Below, piece by piece: positions 10,764-23,209 of a stretch of DNA of 62,692 nt. How positions within the stretch are numbered: the first letter of the stretch is position 1; each line of letters starts with the position of its first letter. The position numbers and the translations under genes are program-made. The DNA comes from Nemertoderma westbladi (lineage: Eukaryota > Animalia > Xenacoelomorpha). The notes beneath the pieces are model-generated. The model did not search any database. It saw only the letters and a list, made by a program, of their open reading frames with translations, and had not been told where the DNA came from. Location: positions 1 to 62,692 of the forward strand of contig JAUCBJ010008127.1 of assembly GCA_032718475.1 (NCBI GenBank), in the 5' to 3' direction.

Positions 10764-12449
10764 CACGACCACCTCCCTAATCCAACAAACATCTAGGGAC
10801 TCCCTAACTTAACAACGTCTGGAGTGGGTGTGTGACTATATTATTTTATGTTTTTATTATTTTATATTTATGTAGGTATTATTATGTAATTTTATTATAA
10901 TCGTTTCCTTTAATTTTATTTAGTAGAATGTTATTTTAGCGATTATTTAGTAGATTAGTGCAATATATATTAGTGTTCATTACTTAATTACTTATATATT
11001 ATAATATATTTAGAGCGAAGGCGAGAAATAATTCTTTTTCTCTTTCCTTACTGTCCGTATTACATTACAAATACGTGACTACAGTAAGATGAAATATCCG
11101 TACTTATTAAAGTACAATAAAGCTCCTACTATATTCAAGTATTATTGGTAAAGTAGAGTATTAGGAATGCAAAATTCAGATCCTCGTGTCTCGGCTAAAC
11201 CAAGCTCTGGGTAGACCTTGGAAACGACTTGCCTCTTCTCACTGACATTGCTTCGTGCGATATTGCTCTCATACCGTATATTAAATAATACATATAGTAG
11301 CGTGATGTCCCTTTAACAGTAGCGTATAACGCAAAATAAATCTGTTAAACCCTTTGACCATCTGCAATTCTAGTCGATTAAGATATCGTGGCACCCACCG
11401 ATATACTTGAAAGACAAATTTCTAGAATCAGTGGTTAACGTCCCCAGACAAGTTCTGGAATAAACCAGTGCCCATCTTAAATATTAATTATTAATATTTA
11501 TAAAATCTGTCAAAATTCAGATCCTTTAAAATTCTAGTCAATTAAGATATCGTAGCACTTACCGATACTCTTAAAAAGACAAATTTCCGAGAATCAAGGA
11601 TCCCTGTCCCCAGACATGTTCTGGAATAAAATTGTGTCTATTTAATATTAAATAATAAAATTTACGGGAATAAATTTAAATTCATCTTTTAATGAATTTG
11701 ATAAATTGTCATTTTTATACAATTTATAACATTCCCAAAATTCCATAAATTAATAGATCATGGGAGCGGAGATTCACCCTATTAAGTGTATTAGTGTGCG
11801 AGAATCTCCAATATATAGTCAATAGCCGATAAAATTCATAAAATCATGTATAAAGAGGAATATTGACAATTAAAGAATTACTATTAAATAGCATCCCAGA
11901 TCTGTATGCATGAGAATTACCCTAATTCTACTGCTAGCTTTCCATAATGTCACCATGGCAACAACCACGCTAGAATTAGAAGTGAGTTAAAAGAACAATA
12001 AAGGCTTGTCCCATTGAATAGCATAAGGAATAAAATAGCACACTGCTAGTATCCCAGGATACCCAATAATAACGTGGCATTCTGGAAGGCACTGACTAAC
12101 GGACAAATGGCCCGAATGTGTGCGATTTGTGACAGTTGTGTGGAATTTGTGCGTTTATAGGTGAATGTTACTACTAAAGTGTGTTTACAGTAGCGAGTCG
12201 CAATTGTGAAAGTAGCCCTAACTCTCCAGTAAGAACCTGAAGTAAATCTAAGCCTTTGGGACGGACGGTGGAGTGACTCGCGCTGGTTGTTGTGGTCGTT
12301 GTGCAGCTACGACGTTGGCGATAGGCACATCGGCGAAAGTACACCAGCGCTGAGGATCTTGCGCTGTCCGGGGGCCGAGAGGGGTAGGCAGCGACGCCCG
12401 CTAGCCTAATTATAACTAATTATAATATTGATAAACTCATATAGCAGCT

Positions 12450-13810
12450 ATGACTCAGTTGATAGAAGATGATCTTGGTATCAGGGAGAAATATACTCTA
12501 CCGTTGCAAGCGTTTGTTGATAGCTTGATACGCAGCGACGCTAGTCCAACTACTACGGAGGACGATGGTCGTTATATCGAACCGCCGATGTCCCAGGAGC
12601 AACTTACGCGTGAATTGGACTATCGAAAATTCACTGCTCGCTATACGCATCGTAATGGTACGCTTATGGACTTCTTAACTACTGGTCATCCTATCGATTT
12701 ACACGATACGGACGATGTCGACACCGAAAGGGAAATGGTACTGTTTTGAGTATCCTACCCAGCGGAGTCGGAACGATAAACTGAAAATCGAATGCGAAAA
12801 TTCTATTCGAAATCGACTCGAAAGAGAAGACGTTAAAGAACCGGATAAACGCAGTAACTCCAACGTATATTTGGAATTCTTGAGAGAAACGTTGTAAAAC
12901 CGAATAAATATCACCCGCGTTTCCCCTACAAGACGTGCGTCTTTGGTATTATTGCGATGAATGCCCAAGACCCAACCAACAAACGGAAAGACATAAACAT
13001 CCGCGGAGACGTTGCTTTAAACACGGTTTTACTCGCTATATTTACGGGAGTTTCGAGCGAAACTTGTTCGATGTATCACCTACGCTCGCTCGATTCAAAC
13101 GATCCTTAAATAAACCTATGATCAGAGTTCCGGAATACTCGGTCAGACCTCCTCATTCCCTAGTTAGACCTCAGACTCTTGATCCTAATAGTATCACGGA
13201 TCCTCCCGAACTGTACTCACTGTTCAAAGATCTAGTGTTACCCGAACAGTTAGTCGGTGGCACTCCGGTTGTGGGCTCCCTAAATATTCACCCATCTTAC
13301 TTAGTCGGATTGGGACGCGGACATCTAATATCGCCATTCAACCGTATCATCGTCCCGGTTTAACCCGATACAACCTGTCACCGAGGCGGAGAAGAGAGTT
13401 GTACGAAACGCGTTGGACACTATTCGTCAAAAGATCGGAAAAGGAACCTACAATTGTTTAGAGAAACGTAAATTGCAGTAGCAAGTCCAAGCGGTAAACG
13501 AATTAGCTTTATCTCAGTTCGATCAGGAAATCCAGAATCTCTAAGAAGATATCGAACTTAGACGACCCTATTCTCAGCAAGAGTTTTTGGACGAACGCAT
13601 CCAACGATAAGCGGAGGAAAATCAGCTCGAGGAGAAGCATATCGAAATGGACGAGACATCGACCATAACCCTAAACCTTCCGATGCAATTGTATTGCACC
13701 CTTTACCCAGGAGTTATAGCCCTCCTAGTAAAGTGGCTCGCCCCAAAGAGAAAAGGACTCTTGCTAGCCTCAAAAAACTGCGTAAACGCCGTCCGCGTAA
13801 GAAAGACTAA
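12450..13810 (+). pseudogene. Deleted/frameshifted copies of accessory ORFs a, b (13118-13363 intact), c and the C-terminus of d
   Basis: MTQLIEDDLG... matches 36643 and 47752; MIRVPEY...IVPV matches 51164; KKLRKRRPRKKD end matches 38090. Confidence 0.75.
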
Positions 13811-13888
13811 CTGTTTAGAGTATTTTTATATTTTAGAAACTGTGATTTTTTATATTTTATAGAATTAAATCCCATTTTCTGGGAGCGG

Positions 13889-15064
13889 TGTAAAAGCTTT
13901 TGCGGAATTAGCTGGTTATTTTCCCCGCAAAGTACTCTGTAGTTGGTTTAACGGACATAAAAAACCGTTTCCTTACTGTACCGGTGTTTTAGTGGACATA
14001 AAAAGCCATTTCTTCTGTATGTGTACTTTAGCGGACATAACTAGCAATTTTATGTCGCAATACGCTAAAATCCTCTTGACACAGTGTAGTTACTATGACG
14101 ACAGCTAACAGCTGATATGTACACGTGTAGCTTTTCCTTTGTTTCTTTGTTCGGTTAACCAATCAGAGCGATTCTCCTGTTATTTGTACAGAAACCTCCG
14201 GAAAATCGCGCAATGCATTATGGGTCAATGTTTACCTTTTTTCCTGATGCCAGAAGACCGGCTTTGGAATTTCTGTGTTTTCAGGCTTTAGCCAAACATT
14301 AGTAGGCTTGATCATAGAAACGTATAACAGTTATCTCACCTAATCATATCAACTCACGCAAGTCAGTGTGTTCATATACCACACCGCATTTTTACTGCTA
14401 TTTACTGTCAGTTATTAATTATATCAGTTGATGGAATATTATTATATTTGGATAATAACGATAAATAATCATAAAACCCCCAATCTTCTTGATATACTGA
14501 AGGTAAGAGACCGGTTACATATAACAATTGCGACTTACATTAAAGTGGTTTAGGAGTGAATCTAATGCTATTTCATAGGCACTACATGTGTCGGTTGTTG
14601 TTCTCTTTATATGTGACTAAAATTAGTGAAGGTCGGCAGATCGGTGTGCAGTATTGTGCGGTAGTGTGCATGATTGTGACTGATAACAAAGCATCTCCTA
14701 AAGAATCGCGCTTTATACGTGAATCCATAGCCATCCCGTTGTGTCTAGTGTAAGTCATAACTCTGTTTACATATTTAGAGCGCCACGTCCTAAAGGAACT
14801 GTTAATATTTCCCGAAAGTGAATAATATTTGTCAGAGATTATATATTAACGATCAGTCGAATAATACAGTAGGCCTACACCGCAATAAGGTCAAAGCTTC
14901 CGAATCCAGTCTCCCGGGTATATCCAGCGGGTGAACGGTCGCGCATAGACTGGCTTCGGCTAATGTAGTGTATCAAATACTCGTCATAGGCTAAAGTCGA
15001 TTTACAATCTAGAAGACACCCAAATTTGGCAGGTTAAACTGCTAAAGGTCTAAAAGCGCGAACA
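13889..15064 (+). repeat. 3' LTR (~1176 bp, TGT...ACA), diverged subfamily
   Basis: Follows PPT GGGAGCGG (13881-13888); starts TGTAAAAGCTTTTG and ends AAAAGCGCGAACA like the other LTRs. Confidence 0.9.
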
Positions 15065-15628
15065 AGGTACAAAAGTAAGACCCCCCTTCCCCGCCCTGGT
15101 ACAAAAGTAAATCCCCCTGGTACAAAAGTAAGACCCCCTGGTATAAACGTAAGGCCCCCAGGTACAAACGTAAGACCCACCCCAGGTACAAAAGTAAGAC
15201 CCACCAGGTACAAACGTAAGACCCCCCCCCCCCCAAGGTACAAAAGTAAGACCCCCTGGTACAAACGTAAGACCCACCCAGGTACAAAAGTAAGGCCTCC
15301 CAGGTACAAAGGTATGACCCCTCCAGGTACAAAAGTAAGAACCCCCCCCCCAAGTACAAAAGTAAGACCCCATTGGTACAAAGGTAAGACTCCCCTGGAA
15401 CAAAAGTAAGACCTCCAGGTACAAAAGTAAGACCTCCCCCCCTTAGGTACAAAAGTAAGTCCAAGTATGACCCCTCCAGGTACAAAAAGTAAGACCCCGC
15501 CAAGTACAAAAGTAAGACCCCCTGGTACAAAAGTAAGACGCCCCTGAAACAAAAGTAAGACCCTCTTGTACAAAAGTAAGATCACACCCCCTCCTCCCCA
15601 GGTACAAAAGTAAGACCACAAGGTACAA
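15065..15628 (+). repeat. Minisatellite, ~21-27 bp unit (CC)AGGTACAAAAGTAAGACCC(C)n
   Basis: About 25 degenerate copies directly after the LTR end. Confidence 0.92.
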
Positions 15629-15739
15629 CTTGAGTGATAGTTGCATGACACTGAATTACAACACTATATTCCGGGGGACCTGGTGCAATAAATATTGACG
15701 TGACTAAATTAAATTACAATTTTCTAATACAAGAATGAT

Positions 15740-16339
15740 TCTATTTAACCAATATCAGACGTTTTAAATTAACATTAAAAATCGAAGTTAAATTTCAACG
15801 TTTGTTTAATATTGGGTTTAGTGATTTATGTTCATGATTAAATTTAACCAATGTCTGACGTTTCAAAATAACGTTAAAAATCTATGTTAAAATTCAACGT
15901 TTGTTTAACGATTGGGTTTAGTGATTTTTGTACATGATTAAATTTAACCAATGTCAGACGTTTCAAAATAACGTTAAAAATTGATGTTAAAATTCAACGT
16001 CTGTTTAACGTTTGTGTTTAGTCATTTTTGTTCATGATTAAATTTAACCAATGTCAGCAGTTTCAAATAACGTTAAAAATTGATGTTAAAATTCAACGTT
16101 TGTTTAACGTTTGTGTTTAGTCATTTTTGTTCATGATTAAATTTAACCAATGTCGGACGTTTCAAAATAATGTTAAAAATCTATGTTAAAATTGAACGTC
16201 GGTTTAACGTCGGTTTTTACGATTGTAAGACGTTAGAAAACGTTTTTTCTAAGTTATTTTTATAACTTTATTTTTCTAACCTAAAACAGACTAAAGTCTA
16301 ACGTTAGATTAGCGTAATTAACGTAAAATGTTTGCAGGG
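15740..16339. mobile_element. End of an EnSpm/CMC-like non-autonomous DNA element with ~100-bp tandem subterminal repeats
   Basis: TTTAACCAATGTC.GACGTTT units at about 15744, 15843, 15943, 16043 and 16142. The terminus reads CCCTGCAAACA on the minus strand. Confidence 0.55.
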
Positions 16340-16878
16340 CATTGTAGAGCCTATATGCGACGATACTGATGAATGGAGTATCGCTCCTCCTGGTCGAGCT
16401 GATCAAACAAAGACTTTTAATTCGGGATAATTACCTCGAAAGACGTCCTCTCCATTCCCGTGCTATGGGACTCAGGACCACCCGGATTTCGTCACGCTCG
16501 GTTGACATTGTGCAACGAAACTCGAGCATCCCGTCTGCAGCGTGGATTTCCTATCTCTGGTTAATCCCCTCGACGATACCGAAGTCGAGCCCCTGCAGAA
16601 GTATCTCGACCATGTAATAAAGTCAAATATCTTTCGACTCGACCCAAAGGGACGACGAAATATCCCTTCTGAAATATATCTGATTGTGGGATTACTCTGC
16701 GAATTTACAGCGGATTGCGTGATCACGTTAGCCTATGTAAAGTTATTGCGCTATTCTATTCCCACCTCAATCGTGGTTAGCAAACCTCAACCGGGAACAT
16801 ATACTGGTGGATCGACCGTACGAACTGTCGCACCCCCTTCTGACCCATTGGAACTTCATCCTTCCGCCGCTGAGGGGC

Positions 16879-17555
16879 TACTACTACTACTAGGATCGGC
16901 ATGCTGCATTGCAGCTGCAATTTTAAGAATGCTGTGCCGGCTTATCGACAAAATTGCACCGCCACAACTCCCTATCACCCATGACATTTGCTAGAATATC
17001 CGCATCTTCAAGGCCAGTGTCCTTTAAGATGCGTCTCAAGAAAGTCATGGGCTGTCTACCATGCTTATTCACTCCATGGGGCTGCAAAAGTACAAGATTA
17101 TGCACTGGCTGGTCCTCACGGCGAAAGCAATGTCCTGCAAAGCGGAGGCGATTTTGTTCTAGTGTCAAGCTTGGGGGAACCAATGAGACACCAACAATGT
17201 TATATAGTGTCTCGTTGGAGATGTGTGCATTGTACTTGACACAATGAACCCGGCGTAGCATTCTTGTGAATGTGCCATCCAGAGATTTGGTGTCCTCAGC
17301 AGTTAGAGCCCAGCATGGACTCCCATAGAGCAGTACTGGAACTACTGCTGCTCTAAATAATCGGACCTTAAGTTTCCGATTAATTCTCAGTGACTTCCAA
17401 ATCCTGGAAAGCCTATTCAAGGCTGCCCATGCCTTTCCCTTACGTATTCGAAGGTCCTCACCTGACTTCCGGATCCATGATCCCAATTTTGTCGATAAGC
17501 CGGCACAGCATTCTTAAAAATGCAGCTGCAATGCAGCATGCCGATCCTAGTAGTA
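16879..17555 (-). mobile_element. 5'-truncated RTE-clade LINE with (TAG)n tail, plus an inverted 72-bp copy of its 3' end
   Basis: ORF 16923-17486 has KAWAAL..L..IWKS, VLLYGS..W, RLRFAGHC.R and GR...M.DR..WR. Inverted repeat 16885-16956 vs 17484-17555. Confidence 0.85.
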
Positions 17556-17759
17556 TCCCAGGTAACAGAAGTCATCCACATGCTCAAGCATACCATCTTT
17601 TGAGCTTATGCTCATCCGATCAGAGACTTGCTGAGGACTTTCAAAGTTAACTGTAAAAATTGTGGTCTTTCTGGAGTTAAACACTCGAATAAAATAAAAA
17701 CTTTGTGAGAATGGGACACGGTGAATCTACCCATGTTCATTTTATACCAGGTGGGATAA

Positions 17760-18013
17760 ATGTTAGCCCTCTAAATCATTAATTACCGATAGAAGAACCG
17801 AAATAATTCCATAAATTTCGCCCGAAAATCACGAAAATCGCCCTCTAGCGGCAGACGGGCGAACTTCAGACGGCTCTTGCAACGAGTTAGGGCGAGACCT
17901 TTCTAACGAGCTATAGCAAGCGAGATTTCATCAAGATGGGTTCGATTGCATAGCCGATGACAAACACACAGACAGACTGACTGACAGACAATCGAGATTT
18001 ATATATATCAGAT
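17760..18013 (-). mobile_element. Possible non-autonomous Helitron-like fragment
   Basis: Minus strand ATC...TATATATAAATCTC followed by a (CTGT/CAGT)n microsatellite, a layout typical of DINE/Lep1-like elements. The 3' hairpin/CTAG end was not established. Confidence 0.4.
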
Positions 18014-19429
18014 ATATACTGTATATATAATAAATATTCCGATAAATTCCGTTGAGAAGTATGCTTAGTATCAATTAACAATAATTGTACCTTTCCATTC
18101 AGCACATTAAAAATTGCAAAATTCTGCAGTTAGCAATAGAGTCGCAATAAATTTACAATAGGGTTTGAGGGCGAAATATGATAAAGGAACAAATGTTAAC
18201 TAATCTTTTTTATTGGTGTTGGTAGTTATGGTAGTAAACTATGGCACAACCATCTAAATTTCCTAATTAATTACCAACTAATTAATTACTAAATAAAATT
18301 AAAGTTAATAATTAAAGTTAATTGGTATGAAAACTATTGACTTTCATTATATTGACTTACCGGTATTCCTTTTTACATTAAATGCTGTTGTTGATAAAAC
18401 GAGTATCATATAAAAAATTCCAGTGGCTACAAACGAACCCGCCATTAACACTTCAGTTATTTAGGATAATTATGGTTTAATATAATACTAAATTAGATTC
18501 ACTGGAGTGTAAATTATAACAATATTAAAATATTAAATAGTTCTATTTGTGCAATGTAATAAAGTAATATGTCGTTCATGATGACTCATATTACTAGTAT
18601 GTAATGCTGTATAATTTAATCCCTTCACACTTCTTGTGAATAACGCAGTAGGTGGGGATACCTCTTCTGGTTGAATACATTGTAACTAATATAATGTATT
18701 ACTCCAACGGTTGTGAAGTTACTTTATAGATCTGGGATATTAACACTCCTCATCACGGTGGTTTTTTTAGGATTTATAATTTCGTTGCATTTTGGTTCCT
18801 TCACTTATCACCTATATGCCAGCCAGGTTATGCCATAGACGCGATTTTTTTTTTGGCGCGGTATAGTACACATGGACTAATTAATATTGTAAATTATGTA
18901 GTAAATTATATTATTATTTGTTATCATGCCGCATAGTAAACATGAAGACACAAAATAGCACATGATAAAGAAAATACACAGAGCGAACTCTGCTACATAT
19001 ACGACTTATAACGGAGGTACTATGTACGCAGAGGATTGAATCATGCGAGATACGGTATTATATTGAATACAGCACACAAAATAATGTTACCAGATTAATT
19101 AAATTATAATTAATTCGCGTGGATTTATGTCCAACAGGTAAACATTTCATGTGAAACTAATTTCTCTACCCACCCCCCCACTCCCGCCCCCTCCTTCCCC
19201 AACCACCCCATTCCCATTCATTTTTTAGGCAACCCAAAATTTTGGTCACTCAATTTTTTTCTAATTTCTTATTGCTATAAATTATTATGACTGATACATA
19301 CATTCGATCTTTGTCATGATTTTTACCTTTATTGAGTAACGTTAAATCCCGTGGAAGTGTTTAGTATCGGTAATAATGCGTTTGTATATTTTTTAAAGCA
19401 TCAATATATGAAAAGTGCTGGTATATAGC

Positions 19430-20200
19430 ACTTTACAAACTGAAATTTTTCAAGTTTGAAAAATACATTTGAAGACACCGATTATTTTCCTATTTAGGTT
19501 TTCAATTCCGATGGCAATCATTATTTTCAACAAATCCGATGACTTGTCGATTTTTGGCAGCACCACAAACATGAAAATTACAAGTAATTGAAATTTTTCA
19601 AGTATGAAAAACATATATGAAGACACCTATTATTTTCCTGTTTAGGTTTTCAAGGGTCCTGATTCCGAAAATTGTCAGTTACTCATTACTTCTATTTTCG
19701 TGTTTGGGGTGCCGCCAAAAGTAGACAAGTCATCGGATTTGTTGAAAATAATGATTGCCATCGGAATCAGGACCCTTGAAAACCTAAATAGAAAAAATAA
19801 TCGTGTCTTCAAGTGAAGTTTTTAAATTTGAAAAATGTTGGGTACTTGCAATTTCCGTGTTTGGGGTGCACACCAAGTAACACAAAAATGCAATTTGACT
19901 GGATATAATATCTGACATGAACATCAGTGTTCTTGGAAACCTATAAAACGTAACTATCTAGTTATCAGAATCACTTTACAGTCATGAAAATAATGAATAG
20001 AAAATATTTGTGTGCAAAATTATTCGATCCCTAAAAAAAGTGGCACATTCGTAAAAAAAAAATATTTTTTTAAATTGTTGCAAATAGATAAATATTTGAT
20101 GTTAGAAGGTTTCAGCCACTTTGGAAATATTCATCGGAAATAAACGAGATATTCAAAATTACGTTTGGGGGGTGTCAGTAGTAGAAAGAAAGGGTTCCCC
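19430..20200. mobile_element. DNA-transposon-like fragment with internal direct and inverted ~110-140 bp repeats
   Basis: 19451-19564 is the reverse complement of about 19708-19830; direct repeat about 19440 vs 19589. Confidence 0.45.
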
Positions 20201-20478
20201 ACCGTAGTCCTCCCTATGTTGTTCTATGGGACTTTGCTCGGAGGGTTATTGGAAATGTGCAATTTTGACAGATTTTAATGACCATCTGCCTCCAGTACTG
20301 ATTCGCATCGTTGCATCAACCAATGATCGATATTCAACTAAGCGTAGCCCAACCTCGCGATGCATGCCTAGCCCCAACTTCGCGAGGCCCCCCTGTTACT
20401 CTCCCTTTCGCCTCGCTACCATGACAATAATGACGATGACGGCGACGACGACAATGATTTAATGTAGTATCCCCTCAT

Positions 20479-20783
20479 CTTTACGATAGTCAGTCGTGGA
20501 CCCTGCCCTCTTCCACGCACTCGCATATACTGCGCTATGATATTATATTGATTGCCAACTCAATGATTTACCTGCTACTCGACCGCTGTAACCAACCAGC
20601 GCCAGTGTGAGTGTTATATGAGACTTGAAATCCCTCTACGCGTACACGTACATGTTGTCACATTTTCATACTCTTTACGATAGTCAGTCGTGGACCTTAC
20701 CCTATTCCACACACACACATATACTGCGCTATGCTATTATATTGATTTCCAACTCAATGATTTACCCACTACTCGACCGCTGT
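20479..20783 (+). repeat. ~110-bp direct repeat pair upstream of LINE ORF1
   Basis: CTTTACGATAGTCAGTCGTGGACC...CTCGACCGCTGT at 20479 and 20674. Confidence 0.8.
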
Positions 20784-21141
20784 TACCCTTAAAGCATAGC
20801 AGAATAGTACAACTTCAAGCATACAGCCTGCATGTACTGCCTACAGTAATGTGATACCTGATTATGGCGAAATCGTTGTATTACTGATTTACGACGTATG
20901 AGTACCTCTCAACTATACAAAGGCTATACTAGATGCTGACCAACCAACTGTACAGCAAAACCCCACTTTACTAGCTGATTTCGAAGCAATTCTAGATACC
21001 AAAATTAGAGCTCTCGAATCATCGTTTAAACAACAACTTATTGAAGATAGGAAAATAAAAAACGATGAAATTGAATTGTAACGAGATGAACAAGCGACAC
21101 TCAAAAACATCGTATTACAACAGCAAATTTTTATAGAGACC

Positions 21142-21609
21142 ATGTCGAGGGAACGTCGCGCCTGCAACCTGATAGTTCGGGGTTTGCCTGAAGAAGACAC
21201 TCCTCTATCAATCGGCAACGCAATGGCATCCACCACTGAAGATAAGGTTGCTCTTGTTCTGCAAGCAATTGGAGTTGCCAAGATACCACGTAGCTGCTCG
21301 CTGCTAGGGAAAACTCAAGTAGTTAATCGTAACCGACCTGTATTGCTGAAGTTCAACTCAAACTCCGAAAAAGCTGCATGTTTCTCAAAGCGATCCGAGC
21401 TTAAAGAAAATACTAACCTGGTCAAGGTGTTCTTCAGCTTCGACGACCCTCCCCTCACTGATAAAGATAATTACCGGCTTCGAGCTAAGGCAAAGCAGCT
21501 TAGAGAAGAAGACATAACTAAAACTAACGACGTTAAAATACGTGGAGGTAAGCTACTTGTGAACAACCAGGTAGTAGATCAATTCAATCTGGCGAATGAG
21601 ATTTTTTAA
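21142..21609 (+). pseudogene. LINE ORF1 C-terminal (RRM-like) part
   Basis: Preceded by a coiled-coil segment with an in-frame stop; NLIV.GLPE motif. Confidence 0.75.
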
Positions 21610-21639
21610 AACGAGCACCAAGTATACAACAACTTAAAC

Positions 21640-23139
21640 AGAATGTATTATTCTGGAATGTAAATAACCGCACTACTCTAATATTAAAACACTTTGTAAA
21701 CTGTTTAAACGATTATGATTTAATATTCTTATTTGAAACAGGCCACAACACACCAGGTTGTGAACTACCAAAAGGATTCGTTAATATTACACCAAATACT
21801 CTCCCACGATTCGATCGTGGACTGATTTTACTGGCACGTAACGACCTCCAAAATCATGTTTTCGACTTAGAATTTACTAATTGTTACGTCTCTTTACGCA
21901 TAGATTACTCTCCCAAGTTAATAATTTTTGGATCGTATATATTGCCGAGCGACTCTGTACAGGTTGACCCACTTAACCTCGCACATCTTGCAGCCGCCAT
22001 TGCAACCGCACAAGAAAACGGTTTGTGCCCTGTTATTGGTCGGCGACCTCAACAGTCGAATGAGCAATTTCTGCATAGTTTTGGGTGATTTAGGGTGGCG
22101 GTACTCAGACTATTTTTGCAGGCTTTGCAATTCGAGCTGGCCAAAGCTTCTCCGATCTGTTAATTCGCTATCAGGGATCAGTCAAGGAGCACCATCCTCC
22201 GTGATCTTGTTTATTCTCTACCTCAATGACATCTGCTAATGCTAATGGATCGGTGCAGCCCAGACCAAATCTTAGGTGCTTGACCACACTGCTTGTTACA
22301 TGCTGATGACACATGCTTGGTGAGCAGTACAGATATGAATTTATTCAGAAATGCAAACACACCCTAGCTATTTTAAAGAAAATAAATTAAATTTAAATGC
22401 GAAAAAATCCAGTTATATGTTGATAAACCCCTCAAAGAAAGATGTCAAGGATGATATAATTTTGTCTAACTTTACGCTTAAACACAGCAACAGTGTAACA
22501 TATGTGGGAGCTACCATATCATCACATGGTCGCCTCAAGTCAGATATTTCCTCCCATTGTTCCGCCAAAGCTGCTAATATTGAGGTAAAGCTTACATGCT
22601 TTCTAGAAAAGCATCAGTTTGTTCCATTTGCAGTCAAAAGCAATGTTCGCAACACATGTATAGACTCATCGCTTTTATATGGTTGTGAGTCATGGGGTCC
22701 ATACATCTCTAAGAACTTAGAACCTTTACACCATAAATCGTTAAAGTACCTTAAAAATGCGTTAAAAAAAGTACGTTAAAAATGCCCAAATGAAATACTT
22801 TATGCTGAATCTGGTAAAGAAACACTACAAAATGAGGTTTTATGTCGTCAATTCAACTTCTGGAACAACATGACAAAGAACATTATCAGCGACCCAACTA
22901 CTGATATCCCGCGAATGATCTCGCTTGGTCGCAGCTTAAGTTCCAAATACTTAATGCATTACGACGATTTACTTCTCAAATACTCGTCGGCTTCAGATCT
23001 AAAGGTGAAAATGTCCTCGAATTTTAAAAATTTAAACACCAATAAAATTCTGAATGCGGACAATCAGTCCAATCCAAAGTTACACGTGTACAAAACTGTA
23101 AATCCGCTCTGCGAATATCCAACCCAGCTGTATGATTAG
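21640..23139 (+). pseudogene. LINE ORF2 remnants (APE fused by deletion to late RT)
   Basis: Motifs as above, spread across several frames. Confidence 0.75.
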
Positions 23140-23209
23140 GATAGTTCTAAGCGGATTCAGTTCCGCTGCATTACCCTCATAAATGGGAAGTGGCATCTTT
23201 TCAGTAATA

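Larger units (their letters stand above)
6751..15064 (+). mobile_element. 3' half of an integrase-containing (helper-type) BEL/Pao element of the same family as A and B
   Basis: pol, then 1.6 kb spacer, accessory ORF remnants, PPT GGGAGCGG and 3' LTR; spacer and LTR are homologous to those of the 26887-39374 element. Confidence 0.88.
20470..23209 (+). mobile_element. Degenerate, internally deleted LINE (ORF1 + APE/RT ORF2), CR1/L2-type superfamily
   Basis: ORF1 NLIVRGLPE...RPVLLKF. APE motifs LFWNVN, FETG and GDLNSR. RT motifs QGAPSS..LF..Y.ND, LLHADDT, LN..KS and LLYGCESW. Stops and frameshifts present. Confidence 0.85.

Noticed and set aside
12450-13810. env gene call for the 3' ORFs
   Set aside because: No signal peptide, furin site plus fusion peptide, or C-terminal TM helix is visible.
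15065-15628. CRISPR-like array and the 124-205 aa minus-strand ORFs
   Set aside because: Units are separated only by variable C-runs, not unique spacers; there are no cas genes and the context is eukaryotic. The ORFs are translations of the minisatellite.
18020-19430. Possible host exons in AT-rich unique-looking sequence
   Set aside because: No ORF, convincing splice structure or motif could be supported by eye.
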